From Candidatus Poribacteria bacterium (GTDB lineage Bacteria; Poribacteria; WGA-4E; WGA-3G), in NCBI GenBank assembly GCA_022819945.1, contig JAJEGI010000021.1, forward strand, positions 9,310 through 73,309: a DNA stretch of 64,000 bases, read 5' to 3'. Shown one piece after another: positions 8,264-18,237 of this stretch; position 1 is the first letter of the stretch, and the number at the start of each line of letters is the position of its first letter. The position numbers and the translations under genes were made by a program. The notes under the pieces are model-generated. The model made no database searches. It was not told the origin of the DNA and saw only the letters and a list, made by a program, of their open reading frames with translations.

Positions 8264-10963
8264 TTACGGGTTGGATGGGGGTTTATAACTGTTGGTGTGT
8301 TCGTGAATCCGTTGGCGTTCGCGATTGACGTTTGGGTCGGCGCGGCGTGGGATGCCCGTGATTGCATCGACGGATTCGTCGGCTTTGAAACGTAGATAGA
8401 GTTTCTGCGATTTCGCGGCGAGCGATGGGTTTTTAAGGGCGCGGTAACAACGCATCATGTTGTAGTGTGCGTCCAAGTCTTCTGGATCAACGGTGAGCGT
8501 CTTCTTGAATTCGGTTAGCGCGTTTTCGTATTCGCGTTTTAGGAAGTGCATACGTCCGAGCCGGTTTCGGACACGGGTATCGCGCGGAAACTGCGCAGCG
8601 GCGCGCTGGAGATGCTCAATCGCTGTGTCGTAGTTGCCGTGTGCTTCTTGAATAAGAGCATAAAAGTAGTGGACTTTCGCTCGGTGCGGGTTTTCGGGTG
8701 GTAGGGTCTCCTGGATTTCAAATGCTTTCTCAAGCATCGCTTCGGCACCCTGCATATCGCCTTCTTCAATTTTGACTCTCGCTACATTCACCCACCCATC
8801 AAGGTATCCGGGTTCGAGTTCGGTTACCTTCAGGAACGCGGTCTCAGCGGCTTTCAGATCGCCTTGTAGGAGAAGCCCGATACCATAGTCGTTCCAGCGT
8901 TCGCGTGCGTTCTCTATGACTTTAGTGGACGGAAACCCAGGGTCTGTGTCTACTACTTTTAAGGTTGCTTTGGTGGATGCCATCGTGATAATCGGTAGAT
9001 TTGGGATTGCTTTGATCTTTCCTGCGACATCTGAGGTATCGCCTGTCCAGACCCACTTGCCGTCATCGTAGCCTTTATCCACTTGGAAGTCGGTATCTTC
9101 TGGGTCGCGCACGCCGGCATACGCCCATTGTGTGTGCCACCAGTTAAACTTACGATAGTTAAGCTTCGCCTCGATTGTGAGGGTGTCCCCACAATCGGGC
9201 GGGATTTCGAGTCGGTAGCGGACGGTATCAGCGGCACCCGGCGGAATTGTGTTTGAATACAAAACGGTTCGTAGTGCCCAAGCGTTCCGTTTGTTAATGA
9301 GGTTTCCGTGTGCGTCCAGCATGTAGGCGCGGTAAAAATGCGCGCTCGGATCAACAGGTCCGTTTCCATCGGGTGCAGCGATCCTGCCGTTCCAAAAAAC
9401 AGTTTTGCCGGTTTCATCGGTGGCTTTCACCTCCACCCAGATGTCGAATGCGTCAATCGTGCCTGCTGGGAACCGGTGTCCGACACCCCGCGTGCGTACC
9501 ACCACATCGATCCGTGTGTTGTTATTTTGTGTGACTTCAACGCCGTCGCTTGGGATCGGTGCACCGTCTGCGAATAGATCCAACGTTACGACTTCATCTT
9601 GCAAAAAATCTGTTACGGCTTTGAGTTGATCTGGGTGTTGGTTGACGAAGGGGAGTGCCGTATTCGCAGCGGGGAAACGGTGATCGTGAACCTTGCCGTT
9701 TATATTTGCGGCATCTGTAGAATCGACGAGTGGCATGTGACAATCGACACATTTCTTTGCCTTTTCGGGATAGTAGAAAGACAGCGCGCCTTGATGCGAG
9801 ACTCCGCTTTTCTGCCACTGGTCATAGTCGTTGAAGCCGCGTACCCAACGGAAATTGTTGACCGGTTCATCGAGGTGCACTTTATGACAGGTTGAACAGA
9901 ATTCAGCGGTGTTTTGACGATGGAACGGCTTGAGGAAACTCTTTTTGTGCGGCTCTGGGTCGAGTCGGATGAGATAGTTGTGCAGATTCCGAATAAGTGG
10001 GTTATCGCTGGCAGCGATGTCGTGGAGTGGCGGGTATTTAATCACGTATCCGCTATTGCCCATGGTATCTTTAACGCGTTCGATAGAGTGGCACGCCGTG
10101 CAGGCGAGGCCGGCTTGTGCAGCAGGCGTATGGAGGTTCTCGCGAATCGGTTTGTCCATCACGCCGTTGAGGAGGATTGCTGGGTCGTGGCAGCCGCCGC
10201 ACCATTTGGAGGGTTGGATGCCGTTGACTTCCTGCATATAGATGATTGACTTGCGATACCACTGGTTATTGAAAGATGAGAAATGATGGGCGGATTCGTT
10301 CCACTGTCGATAGATGTCTGGGTGACACCCTTTTGCTGCACAGGTTTCTGATGTAAGAAAAAAATCGGTTGGGATGAGCGCGCCTGTCTCTGTTTCGACG
10401 GATGCGGGGAAGAAGTGACCGGTTGTACCGCCGCCTTCTTCGTACATGCTTGTGGGTGGCAGTGCGGGATTTTTGACGAGATAGCTTTCATTCGGAAGGT
10501 AGTGTTGCGCGAGTTTCGCACCAATGGGGAAAATAACGACAATAGCCAATACGCCTACTGTGATTTTCCGCAACAGTGGTGTAAGAAGTTCAGCACTTCT
10601 CAGTAGGTAAATGCAGAACAGGAGGCAACCTGTGCTTACACTGACGATGTGTGTGATGAGAAGCCAGCGATAAGGGGTTGTCGCACCGACAATCATCAGA
10701 TAGATACCGCTGATGATACCAACAACTATTCCGATACCGCCCAATTGTCCGAGCGTTGAGGTGCTTTGCTTCTGAGTATGGGTTTGCAAGCGATACCCTA
10801 AATGTTTATAGACATAGACGCAGAACGGGGGTATCAGGACGATGCCGAGTCCAACGTGGAGCAGAACGTTAGAAATGTAAAAGAGCGTCGGTTCGCCGAA
10901 GCTGAACAGGTACGCGCTGTTGAGCAGTAGAATGAGAAAGGCAGCTAAAGAAAATTTTCGCAT
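8264..10963 (-). CDS. Membrane-anchored multiheme cytochrome c with C-terminal TPR repeats
   Basis: N-terminal TM helices; heme motifs CAAKGCH, CGGCH, CTACH, CSTCH, CVDCH; TPR repeats after WNDYGIGLL. Confidence 0.85.
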   Translation of the reverse strand: MRKFSLAAFLILLLNSAYLFSFGEPTLFYISNVLLHVGLGIVLIPPFCVYVYKHLGYRLQTHTQKQSTSTLGQLGGIGIVVGIISGIYLMIVGATTPYRWLLITHIVSVSTGCLLFCIYLLRSAELLTPLLRKITVGVLAIVVIFPIGAKLAQHYLPNESYLVKNPALPPTSMYEEGGGTTGHFFPASVETETGALIPTDFFLTSETCAAKGCHPDIYRQWNESAHHFSSFNNQWYRKSIIYMQEVNGIQPSKWCGGCHDPAILLNGVMDKPIRENLHTPAAQAGLACTACHSIERVKDTMGNSGYVIKYPPLHDIAASDNPLIRNLHNYLIRLDPEPHKKSFLKPFHRQNTAEFCSTCHKVHLDEPVNNFRWVRGFNDYDQWQKSGVSHQGALSFYYPEKAKKCVDCHMPLVDSTDAANINGKVHDHRFPAANTALPFVNQHPDQLKAVTDFLQDEVVTLDLFADGAPIPSDGVEVTQNNNTRIDVVVRTRGVGHRFPAGTIDAFDIWVEVKATDETGKTVFWNGRIAAPDGNGPVDPSAHFYRAYMLDAHGNLINKRNAWALRTVLYSNTIPPGAADTVRYRLEIPPDCGDTLTIEAKLNYRKFNWWHTQWAYAGVRDPEDTDFQVDKGYDDGKWVWTGDTSDVAGKIKAIPNLPIITMASTKATLKVVDTDPGFPSTKVIENARERWNDYGIGLLLQGDLKAAETAFLKVTELEPGYLDGWVNVARVKIEEGDMQGAEAMLEKAFEIQETLPPENPHRAKVHYFYALIQEAHGNYDTAIEHLQRAAAQFPRDTRVRNRLGRMHFLKREYENALTEFKKTLTVDPEDLDAHYNMMRCYRALKNPSLAAKSQKLYLRFKADESVDAITGIPRRADPNVNRERQRIHEHTNSYKPPSNP

Positions 10964-11009
10964 TTTTAAACTATTAGTGAATTGGACGATTAACAATAGA
11001 TATTCGATC

Positions 11010-11033
11010 GGCGTGCTTGCAAAGCGCACCTAC
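11010..11033. repeat. REP-like palindrome
   Basis: ggcgtgcttgcaaagcgcacCTAC. Confidence 0.5.
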
Positions 11034-11226
11034 CAGGGGATGTCTACACCTTTTTATATTATATCACATTTTTCTATGAACTGCTATGTATTATGTATCA
11101 GGATTCGCGCATTTTTTCATGAACTCCTATTACATAATACGCACTGCTGGTGGGGTTCAAACGAGGGTTCCAACTGGTTACTAGAAAGGGTCAGCGCAGA
11201 GTTTGTGTAAGTCCTAACGTATAACT

Positions 11227-11248
11227 GGCGAGGTTGGGGAACCTCGCC
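11227..11248. repeat. REP-like palindrome (similar to 33210)
   Basis: GGCGAGGTT-gggg-AACCTCGCC. Confidence 0.6.
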
Positions 11249-11282
11249 GACGAGAGAGTTTAGGTCAATCTTGTTGCATCAC

Positions 11283-12323
11283 TTATCGATTTTTGATGAG
11301 TCTTATGCCTTCCAGGTGTATTTCATTGTACCATTGGTGGAATTCTTCTTTGGATAATTTTTTATCCAACGCTTCTACCTGAATCATTGCGTCTTCAGGC
11401 ATATCAATGGTGAATATTTCACGAGGCATCTGGCGATTTACAGTGAAGTTTTGTGTCTCTACGATGGCTCGGCTGACGAGATGTTCTGTGCCCTCCGAAT
11501 CAATCCAGAGCGTCTCTACGATCCCGTTTTTAACAAGCCATGCGTCCTCACCGTGTAGTTCATAGGAGACCCGAATACGCCTGACAGATGGAGTCCCTTT
11601 TTTGATGTGTCCATCTGCGGAATCTGTTTCACGAAGAAATCGGCTCTCATACTTCAGGAGACGCATTCCGAGTTCAGGCGATACCCAAATTCTTTCAAAG
11701 TTATCGTCTTGTTGATGATCTGGCAGAGGTTCGGCATCCATTTTGGCTTCGAGGACATAACACGGGAAACCGTTGAAAGATTCGGATTTTAGGATACGGA
11801 AGTTCCGTTCTTTCAGATAGGTTGGTAGATCTTTTCCATCAACGATGTGGAGCCACCGCCTCGGATCCACCCAACTTCTTGAACCGTCTAAATCGGTATC
11901 TGTTTGGTTGTTGCGTTGCGAGAAATGGTAGTCCGGTTTTCCTGTTTCAGGGTATGTTATCTCTAAGGTTCCGCTTGGTGTCGAGATGATCGTTGCTTTT
12001 GACGTTTGTATGTTGTTGGCAATGCTGTCTTTAAATTCTATGCGGGTGTGCCTCGGATCAAATGTGAGACGCGCCTTCCACGTGCTATAGGTCTCAGGTA
12101 TTCCGGGTTGTCTGAAGACGTACAGGCATTCGCCTTCACCGGATTGAACGGCGAAGTCATAGTTCCGCATGCCGAGCAGGATCATATTGAAATCGCTTTC
12201 TGCTTCTACGGCGTTCTTTGGTAAAACCGGCAATTCTCCTTGCGCGAAAGCCGTGGTCAGGCACGCGAAGAAGACGAAACTGAAAATCACAAAGCGCATT
12301 GGATCCGTATGTAAAAGAGACAC
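11283..12323 (-). CDS. Secreted hypothetical protein, paralog of the C-terminal domain of the upstream ECF sigma
   Basis: AGGAG RBS before GTG at 12323; signal peptide ending TAFA-Q; shares SGEGE, VDPRRWL, CYVLE, IW, KKLSK with 12381-14216. Confidence 0.8.
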   Translation of the reverse strand: MSLLHTDPMRFVIFSFVFFACLTTAFAQGELPVLPKNAVEAESDFNMILLGMRNYDFAVQSGEGECLYVFRQPGIPETYSTWKARLTFDPRHTRIEFKDSIANNIQTSKATIISTPSGTLEITYPETGKPDYHFSQRNNQTDTDLDGSRSWVDPRRWLHIVDGKDLPTYLKERNFRILKSESFNGFPCYVLEAKMDAEPLPDHQQDDNFERIWVSPELGMRLLKYESRFLRETDSADGHIKKGTPSVRRIRVSYELHGEDAWLVKNGIVETLWIDSEGTEHLVSRAIVETQNFTVNRQMPREIFTIDMPEDAMIQVEALDKKLSKEEFHQWYNEIHLEGIRLIKNR

Positions 12324-12380
12324 TGTTTTTCTCCTAAGCACCGTTCGTCCGATTTATGGTTCTGAGCTATGGGTTTATCT

Positions 12381-14216
12381 TCAGTTATCAGTCTGTTGCC
12401 CGTAGCGTTTGAGGAACTCTGCCTTGGACAATTTCTTATTTTCTCGATTCACTGTAATCATGGCATCGTCCGGAATATCAACAGTGAATGTGTCTGGTGG
12501 TAGGTTGTGATTGATTTTGAAATTCTTTATCTCCAATTTTTGTCCAGAAATTATAGGATCCTCTGGCTTAAAGTCGACCCAAGCGTATTCACTAAAGACT
12601 GACTTAGGGAACCATATCTCTTCGTATTGCTGATAAGAGATTGTCGTGCGGAAGATGGTGAGTGCTTCCATCGGAATATCGCTGTCCAGGGCGTCTACTG
12701 GGGTCAGGTGTCGGCTTTCGTGTTTTAGGTATTGGAACCCTCGATCGGGTGCGATCCAAATTTTTTTAGGTCTATCCACGTCTTTTTCTTCCAAAACATA
12801 ACAGAGAGTATCGTTGAAAACCTCGCGTCCTATGATCTGGAAGTTCTCTCTTCTCAGATAGGTTGCTAAATCGTTGCTGTAGAAGGTGAGCCACCGTCTT
12901 GGATCCACACCATGAAGCTCAGGATTGATGCCTTGAGATTCTTCTGTGTTATTAAAGAAGTAGTCAGTTTTTCTGTGTTTGTGAGGCAGAATTTCCCAGG
13001 ATCCGCTCGGCGTAAGGATAGTTGTTTTTCCGGGTGGATCGAAACGTGCCTTCTCTGTATGGAAACGTGTTTTCTCCGTATTGAAGGCGATGGTGCCAGC
13101 AACAGTACGGGTGTCAGTATCGACGAATGGGGGAACCCCAAATGTCCAAACGACTTCTCCTTCACCGGATTTGAGCAGGGCATGATGATGTTTGATGGCT
13201 GCTAACAGTTCTTTGAGATCGAGTGCGTCTTCTGCCGCGTCTTGTGACGGTGTTTCCTGTGCAAATGCTAACGTAAATAACTGTGCTTCAGATTTATGGG
13301 TGTCTGGATTTTCAATATCAACGGAAATGTTTGTGCTATTATGCTTGCGAGGGATAATCGTCCGTTGAATCGGATTTCGCAGCACCGGTTTTGCATCAAT
13401 ATCAAGGACAATCCGTGCATCAACGATTTCAATCGTGGGTTCAGCCTGTGCCTCGAAACTGTAGGGTTGCTGAAAATGGTCGAGGTATCGATTGCCTGTA
13501 CCGAATGCCAACACAGCCAAAACAGCAGCCGTGCCGATGGCTGCCCACGGGGCCAACGGTTTCGCAACCGAAGGGGGTGTCGGATTCATGTTGGTAACTT
13601 GCCGTCCGATGTTCTCCATTAGGTTAGCAGGTAATTGAACGCTACCGAGAACCTCTTGGATCAAGCGTTCTTCTCTTTCCTGTAGACGCTTTCGCGCTCG
13701 GCGCAGGCGACTGTTAATAGTGTTCGCTGACACACCTAAAAATCTGCCAATTTCTTTGATGGGCATTTCGCCGAGATAGTGGAGGGTTACGACTGTGCGT
13801 TCGCTCTCCGGCAGTCGTGCCAGTAGTTTTTTAACAGTCTCATGACGTTGCTCGGTGGCTTCTGTCTCGCGCTTCTCCGATACATAGTGTTTGTAAGAGA
13901 CGTTCTCTATCTCTACCAGGGATGCGTTCTCCAACGATTGCGTCGAAAGTTTCTTCTTTTGGTGCCACCGCTTGCAGAGATTGTTCGCGATGACATAAAG
14001 CCATCCTGCGAACTGATTCGGATTCCTCAGCGTTGAAAGTTTTTTGTATGCCTGAAGGAAGGTGTCTTGTGTAATTTCTTCAGCGATGTGGAAGTCTCCG
14101 ATTTTCCGCCACACGAGTGCGTGGACACCTTTTTGGTGCTTTTCGACCAAAAGGGTAAATGCCGCTTCGTCGCCTGACAAGATTTGTTGAATCAGTTGAA
14201 CATCATCTTTTTCCAT
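12381..14216 (-). CDS. ECF sigma factor with TM helix and large extracytoplasmic extension
   Basis: Region 2 (AEEITQDTFL, FAGWLYVIA), region 4 (EIGRFLGVSANTINSRLRRAR), TM WAAIGTAAVLAVLAFG. Confidence 0.9.
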   Translation of the reverse strand: MEKDDVQLIQQILSGDEAAFTLLVEKHQKGVHALVWRKIGDFHIAEEITQDTFLQAYKKLSTLRNPNQFAGWLYVIANNLCKRWHQKKKLSTQSLENASLVEIENVSYKHYVSEKRETEATEQRHETVKKLLARLPESERTVVTLHYLGEMPIKEIGRFLGVSANTINSRLRRARKRLQEREERLIQEVLGSVQLPANLMENIGRQVTNMNPTPPSVAKPLAPWAAIGTAAVLAVLAFGTGNRYLDHFQQPYSFEAQAEPTIEIVDARIVLDIDAKPVLRNPIQRTIIPRKHNSTNISVDIENPDTHKSEAQLFTLAFAQETPSQDAAEDALDLKELLAAIKHHHALLKSGEGEVVWTFGVPPFVDTDTRTVAGTIAFNTEKTRFHTEKARFDPPGKTTILTPSGSWEILPHKHRKTDYFFNNTEESQGINPELHGVDPRRWLTFYSNDLATYLRRENFQIIGREVFNDTLCYVLEEKDVDRPKKIWIAPDRGFQYLKHESRHLTPVDALDSDIPMEALTIFRTTISYQQYEEIWFPKSVFSEYAWVDFKPEDPIISGQKLEIKNFKINHNLPPDTFTVDIPDDAMITVNRENKKLSKAEFLKRYGQQTDN

Positions 14217-14418
14217 CAGGATTCTCCATTGTTACATCTCTTTTTATACTTATTTCTGCCCTTTTTAGTGTTCAATTATTAAAGATACAATTTAGGGAGA
14301 GAAATTGTGCATAATTTTTAGAAAAAGCGAAAAAAATCTGAATTTTTGTCTAAAAACTGGTAAATCCTCTGACAATTAAAGGTGAAAGTGAAGAATTCAG
14401 CGGAGATAGATGGATTTG

Positions 14419-15168
14419 TTATCCTGCGGTGTAACCGCCATCAATCGGTAAGGCGATGCCTGTGACGAATGCGGATTCGTCGGAGGCGAGGTATAATGCG
14501 CCGTAGGCGATCTCTTCAGGCTGCGCGAGTCGGCGCATCGGGTGCTTGTCCGCAAGTACCTGATATTCCTCTGGTGTTTTGATGACACCGGCAACTAAGG
14601 GGGTCTCAACGAAACCGGGGCAGATACAGTTGACTCGGATTTTGTCCTCTGCGTAGTCGAGAGCCATGCCGCGGGTGAGGTTCGTTACACCGCCTTTGGA
14701 GGCGACGTACGCCGCCCGAACATCTGCACCGACGAGACCATAGATAGAGGACAGGTTGATAATAGAACCGCAGCCGTTTTTTTGCATGGCAGGGATCGCT
14801 GCCTTAGCGCAGAGATAGACCCCAGTGAGGTTAACGTCTAAACAGCGATGCCAATCTGCTTCCGGCAAGTCCCCGACTGGTAGTCGCATTGCGATGCCGG
14901 CACTGCTCAACAGAATATCCAATTTACCGTATTTGCTGACGGTTTCGTGTACCATCCGTTCGGTGTGATCCGAGAGTGTCACATCGGTTTGGACGTAGGT
15001 TGCTTCGTTGCCTGCGTCTCGGATTTCGGAGACAGTTTGGTTCGCACCACTTTCATCAATGTCCGCGACGACGACCTTCGCGCCGTGTTCAGCGAACAGG
15101 AGTGCTGTGGCTTTTCCGATGCCGGAGGCGGCACCTGTTGTAATGGCTACTTTGTCTTTAAGTCGCAT
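14419..15168 (-). CDS. SDR family oxidoreductase
   Basis: TGAASGIG, YVASK catalytic motif, CPGFVET. Confidence 0.95.
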   Translation of the reverse strand: MRLKDKVAITTGAASGIGKATALLFAEHGAKVVVADIDESGANQTVSEIRDAGNEATYVQTDVTLSDHTERMVHETVSKYGKLDILLSSAGIAMRLPVGDLPEADWHRCLDVNLTGVYLCAKAAIPAMQKNGCGSIINLSSIYGLVGADVRAAYVASKGGVTNLTRGMALDYAEDKIRVNCICPGFVETPLVAGVIKTPEEYQVLADKHPMRRLAQPEEIAYGALYLASDESAFVTGIALPIDGGYTAG

Positions 15169-15289
15169 TTTTTTATTTTTGAAAAATTGGACTTACAAGT
15201 CAATCGAATCTTCGTCGAGACTGACCTATTCTAATGACTGTCTTATATCATTAATTCGGAAACATCCGCGTTTTTACAGTGATCTAAGC

Positions 15290-15340
15290 AGAGACCGGTT
15301 TTCGACAACGGAGAAAACCGAGCAGAAACCCAATATTTTA
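15290..15340. repeat. About 50 bp dispersed repeat, copy 2
   Basis: agagaccggttttcgacaacggagaaaaccgagcagaaacccaatatttta. Confidence 0.7.
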
Positions 15341-16261
15341 AAGACCCTTTTCTGTCCATTCTGCGGGATTTACTTCTGGTTCGCCAATTCGGTTTCTAAG
15401 CACACCGATATTTTCGATTTCGAGTTCAACGACATCACCGGGTTGAATCCAGCGGTCGAGTTCCCATCCACACCCATTTCCAACAGTGCCGGACCCTAAA
15501 AATTCTCCGGGATGTAGCGTCTCTGATTGTGAGACAAATGAAATCATCTCAGCGAAGGAGTAATACATATCCGAAGTATTTCCGTCTGCCCAGACTTCGC
15601 CGTTGATTCTGGCAACCATTCGGAGGTTGTAGGGATCACCGATTTCGTCTGGCGTGACGAGACAGGGTCCCATGATATTGCTGTTATCAAAATCTTTACC
15701 TTTGGCGGGACCGAGCGACAATGTCATGTGCCGGAACTGGATGTCGCGTGCGCTGATGTCGTTGTAAATGGTATAACCGGCGATGTACTCGGGTGCTTCT
15801 TCTATGGAGATGTTTTTGCCGGTTTTGCCGATGTAGATGCCCCACTCCAGTTCAAAGTCGAGTTTCTCTGTGTAGTTGGGCCACGTAACAACGGCTTCGT
15901 GTCCGGCGATAGAGGATGGACTCGTGCTGCCGCGGTAATAGTTAGGCAGTTTGAACCACTCCGGGGAGATCTCCTTACCCGTGATACGTGAGGCAGCATC
16001 CATGTGGGTCTTGAATACGCCGAAATCCCGCAGGCTTGCCGGACGTGGAAACGGCGCGAGCAGCTGCACATCGGGGAGCGGGAAGATACTGTCAGCAGTC
16101 TGGTCGATATGTTTTTGTGCGTCAGCGATGCAATTCTGTTCAAAGAATTCGTACATGTCCGAGGCGACTGCCGTGAGGTCAACAATTTGGTCGCCAGTGA
16201 TCCATGCGCCGAGTTTTGGTGTTGTGTCTGTCGATTGGGTTTGAAAGGTAACGAGTTTCAT
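15338..16261 (-). CDS. Fumarylacetoacetate hydrolase family protein
   Basis: LDFELE, YNDISARD, KGKDF, GPCLVT, GSGT. Confidence 0.92.
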   Translation of the reverse strand: MKLVTFQTQSTDTTPKLGAWITGDQIVDLTAVASDMYEFFEQNCIADAQKHIDQTADSIFPLPDVQLLAPFPRPASLRDFGVFKTHMDAASRITGKEISPEWFKLPNYYRGSTSPSSIAGHEAVVTWPNYTEKLDFELEWGIYIGKTGKNISIEEAPEYIAGYTIYNDISARDIQFRHMTLSLGPAKGKDFDNSNIMGPCLVTPDEIGDPYNLRMVARINGEVWADGNTSDMYYSFAEMISFVSQSETLHPGEFLGSGTVGNGCGWELDRWIQPGDVVELEIENIGVLRNRIGEPEVNPAEWTEKGL

Positions 16262-16316
16262 AGGTGTTCTCTTTAAGGTGGTAGCGGCTCCTTATGCAAG
16301 TGATTGGGTAGTGTTG

Positions 16317-16395
16317 ATTATACAATAGATACGTTTAGAAATCAATGCTTTTTATTTAAAATTTTCTTGCGTGTGCGATGGAGATGTGGCATAAT
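16317..16395. promoter_or_regulatory. Divergent sigma70 promoters
   Basis: Minus: TTGATT-17-TATAAT (16317-16345); plus: TTGCGT-17-CATAAT with extended TG (16367-16395). Confidence 0.55.
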
Positions 16396-16464
16396 TACGT
16401 TGGACGTTTACCTACCTTCGCGATGTGCCCTTATGGGAAATACTTCAAACAGAAAGGGATGATC

Positions 16465-17211
16465 ATGGTTACCCGTCAAGAGATTCAATCAGTCTGTGAT
16501 GACATCGTGCGCGAGTTCGCGCCGCTCCAGGTTATTCTCTTTGGTTCTTATGCGTATGGTACGCCCACGGAGTCCTCCGATGTTGATTTGCTGGTCGTCC
16601 TGCCGGTGCCGAAATCGGAGACCCGCCAGCGCGAGATAGAAATTCGGGAGCGTCTGGCGCGTCCTTTCCATCTGCATGTGCTTGTGCATTCGCCTGAAGA
16701 CTTGGCGTATCGTCTTGTGTATAACGATTGGTTTCTCCACGAGATCACTGAAAAAGGCGAAGTGCTTTATGAAACTGCTAATTTTTTCTTGAAACCTGTA
16801 AAGAAGGAAAAACACGCGATGAATCCATTGACAGCGGAATGGGTGCAGAAAGCTGAAGGCGATTATACTGTAGCGCAGCAAGTGCTTCAGGGACAGCATC
16901 CAGTAAATGATGCGATCTGTTTCCATGCCCAGCAATGTATTGAAAAGTATCTAAAGGCGTGGCTTCAAGAGGCGAACATCCCGTTTCCGAGGACGCACGA
17001 TTTAAAAGAGTTGTTGAACCTGATTATCCCGGCTCTTCCTGCTTGGGATGCTTGGCGGGATGACTTTTCAAAGTTGTCGGAACACGCCGTTGATCCGCGT
17101 TATCCTGGCAAATTCGCGACCGCAGACGAAGCAGCACATGCGATGCGTATCTGTGATGAGGTTCGGAGATCCATTCGCGAACAACTCAAGCTACCCCTTG
17201 AACCCTCGTAA
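16465..17211 (+). CDS. Fused minimal nucleotidyltransferase (MNT)-HEPN protein
   Basis: LFGSYAYG...SDVDLLVV followed by FHAQQCIEKYLKA, RTHDL, PRYP. Confidence 0.88.
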   Translation: MVTRQEIQSVCDDIVREFAPLQVILFGSYAYGTPTESSDVDLLVVLPVPKSETRQREIEIRERLARPFHLHVLVHSPEDLAYRLVYNDWFLHEITEKGEVLYETANFFLKPVKKEKHAMNPLTAEWVQKAEGDYTVAQQVLQGQHPVNDAICFHAQQCIEKYLKAWLQEANIPFPRTHDLKELLNLIIPALPAWDAWRDDFSKLSEHAVDPRYPGKFATADEAAHAMRICDEVRRSIREQLKLPLEPS

Positions 17212-17256
17212 TCCTGCCAGTTATGATGGAAGCAGCGCTGGTACGGAACGCGCGCC

Positions 17257-18231
17257 CTATGCCGTTAGAGACAGGAACAGTTCCTCCAAAGACATTTCAG
17301 TCGTATGCATTTCAAGCAATTGCCATCCGCGTCCGACGATGGTTTCTGCTACCGCTGCCCGAATATCGGTTATGGATGTGTAATGGAGACAGAATGTTGC
17401 GGTGTTATCTGTACCGGAGTCGGTCTGTTCGACTTGCGTTACGTCGGGGATATCCGTGAGTACATTCAATATGTCATCGGCTGCGGCACCTGCTACCTCA
17501 AGAGCGAGGGTTGAGGATGGCACTGGCTCGTTTTCTGTGTCGGTGGCAGGCGTATCGCTTTGATTCGATATAGCGCGCCCGTCTTTTAGTTGCACATCTC
17601 CCGTGATTTGACCCCTACTGATGATAATCAGGCGTTCACACGTCATGCTGGCTTCAGGTAAGATATGCGTACTGAACAGGATCGTCCGCTCTTTGCCGAG
17701 TGTCTTGATTAATTCTCGGATTTCGACGATCTGACGTGGATCCAGTCCAGAGGTGGGTTCGTCGAGGATTAGAACGTCTGGTTCATGGATAAGTGCCTGT
17801 GCCAAACCGACGCGTTGCCGGAAACCGCGGGAGAGTTGTCCAATGATCTGGTGTCTACGCTCGGTGAGTCCGCACGCTTCAATAGCGTTATCCAACTGTC
17901 CTTTGATACTGCCGCGCGGTACACTACGGATCTTTGCCATATACTTCAGGTATTTCGTCACCGTCATTTCTGGGTAGAGTGGCACGTTTTCGGGTAGGTA
18001 TCCGATGCGTTTGCGAACCTCTCTCGATTCTTTGAAAACGTCATGCCCGGCGACAGTGATACGTCCGCTACTCGCGGGCATGAAGCAGGTGATGATTCGC
18101 ATGGTTGTGGTTTTTCCAGCACCGTTAGGTCCGAGGAATCCGACGATTTGCCCCTTGTCTACTTGGAAAGAGATGTCTTTGAGTGCTTGGAAGGGACCGT
18201 AGTTTTTTGTGATATTTTGGACTTCAATCAT
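17257..18231 (-). CDS. ABC-2 exporter ATP-binding protein (GldA-like)
   Basis: GPNGAGKTT, LSRGFRQR, LDEPTSGLDP, STHIL, SLEELF. Confidence 0.92.
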   Translation of the reverse strand: MIEVQNITKNYGPFQALKDISFQVDKGQIVGFLGPNGAGKTTTMRIITCFMPASSGRITVAGHDVFKESREVRKRIGYLPENVPLYPEMTVTKYLKYMAKIRSVPRGSIKGQLDNAIEACGLTERRHQIIGQLSRGFRQRVGLAQALIHEPDVLILDEPTSGLDPRQIVEIRELIKTLGKERTILFSTHILPEASMTCERLIIISRGQITGDVQLKDGRAISNQSDTPATDTENEPVPSSTLALEVAGAAADDILNVLTDIPDVTQVEQTDSGTDNTATFCLHYTSITDIRAAVAETIVGRGWQLLEMHTTEMSLEELFLSLTA

Positions 18232-18237
18232 TTTAAT

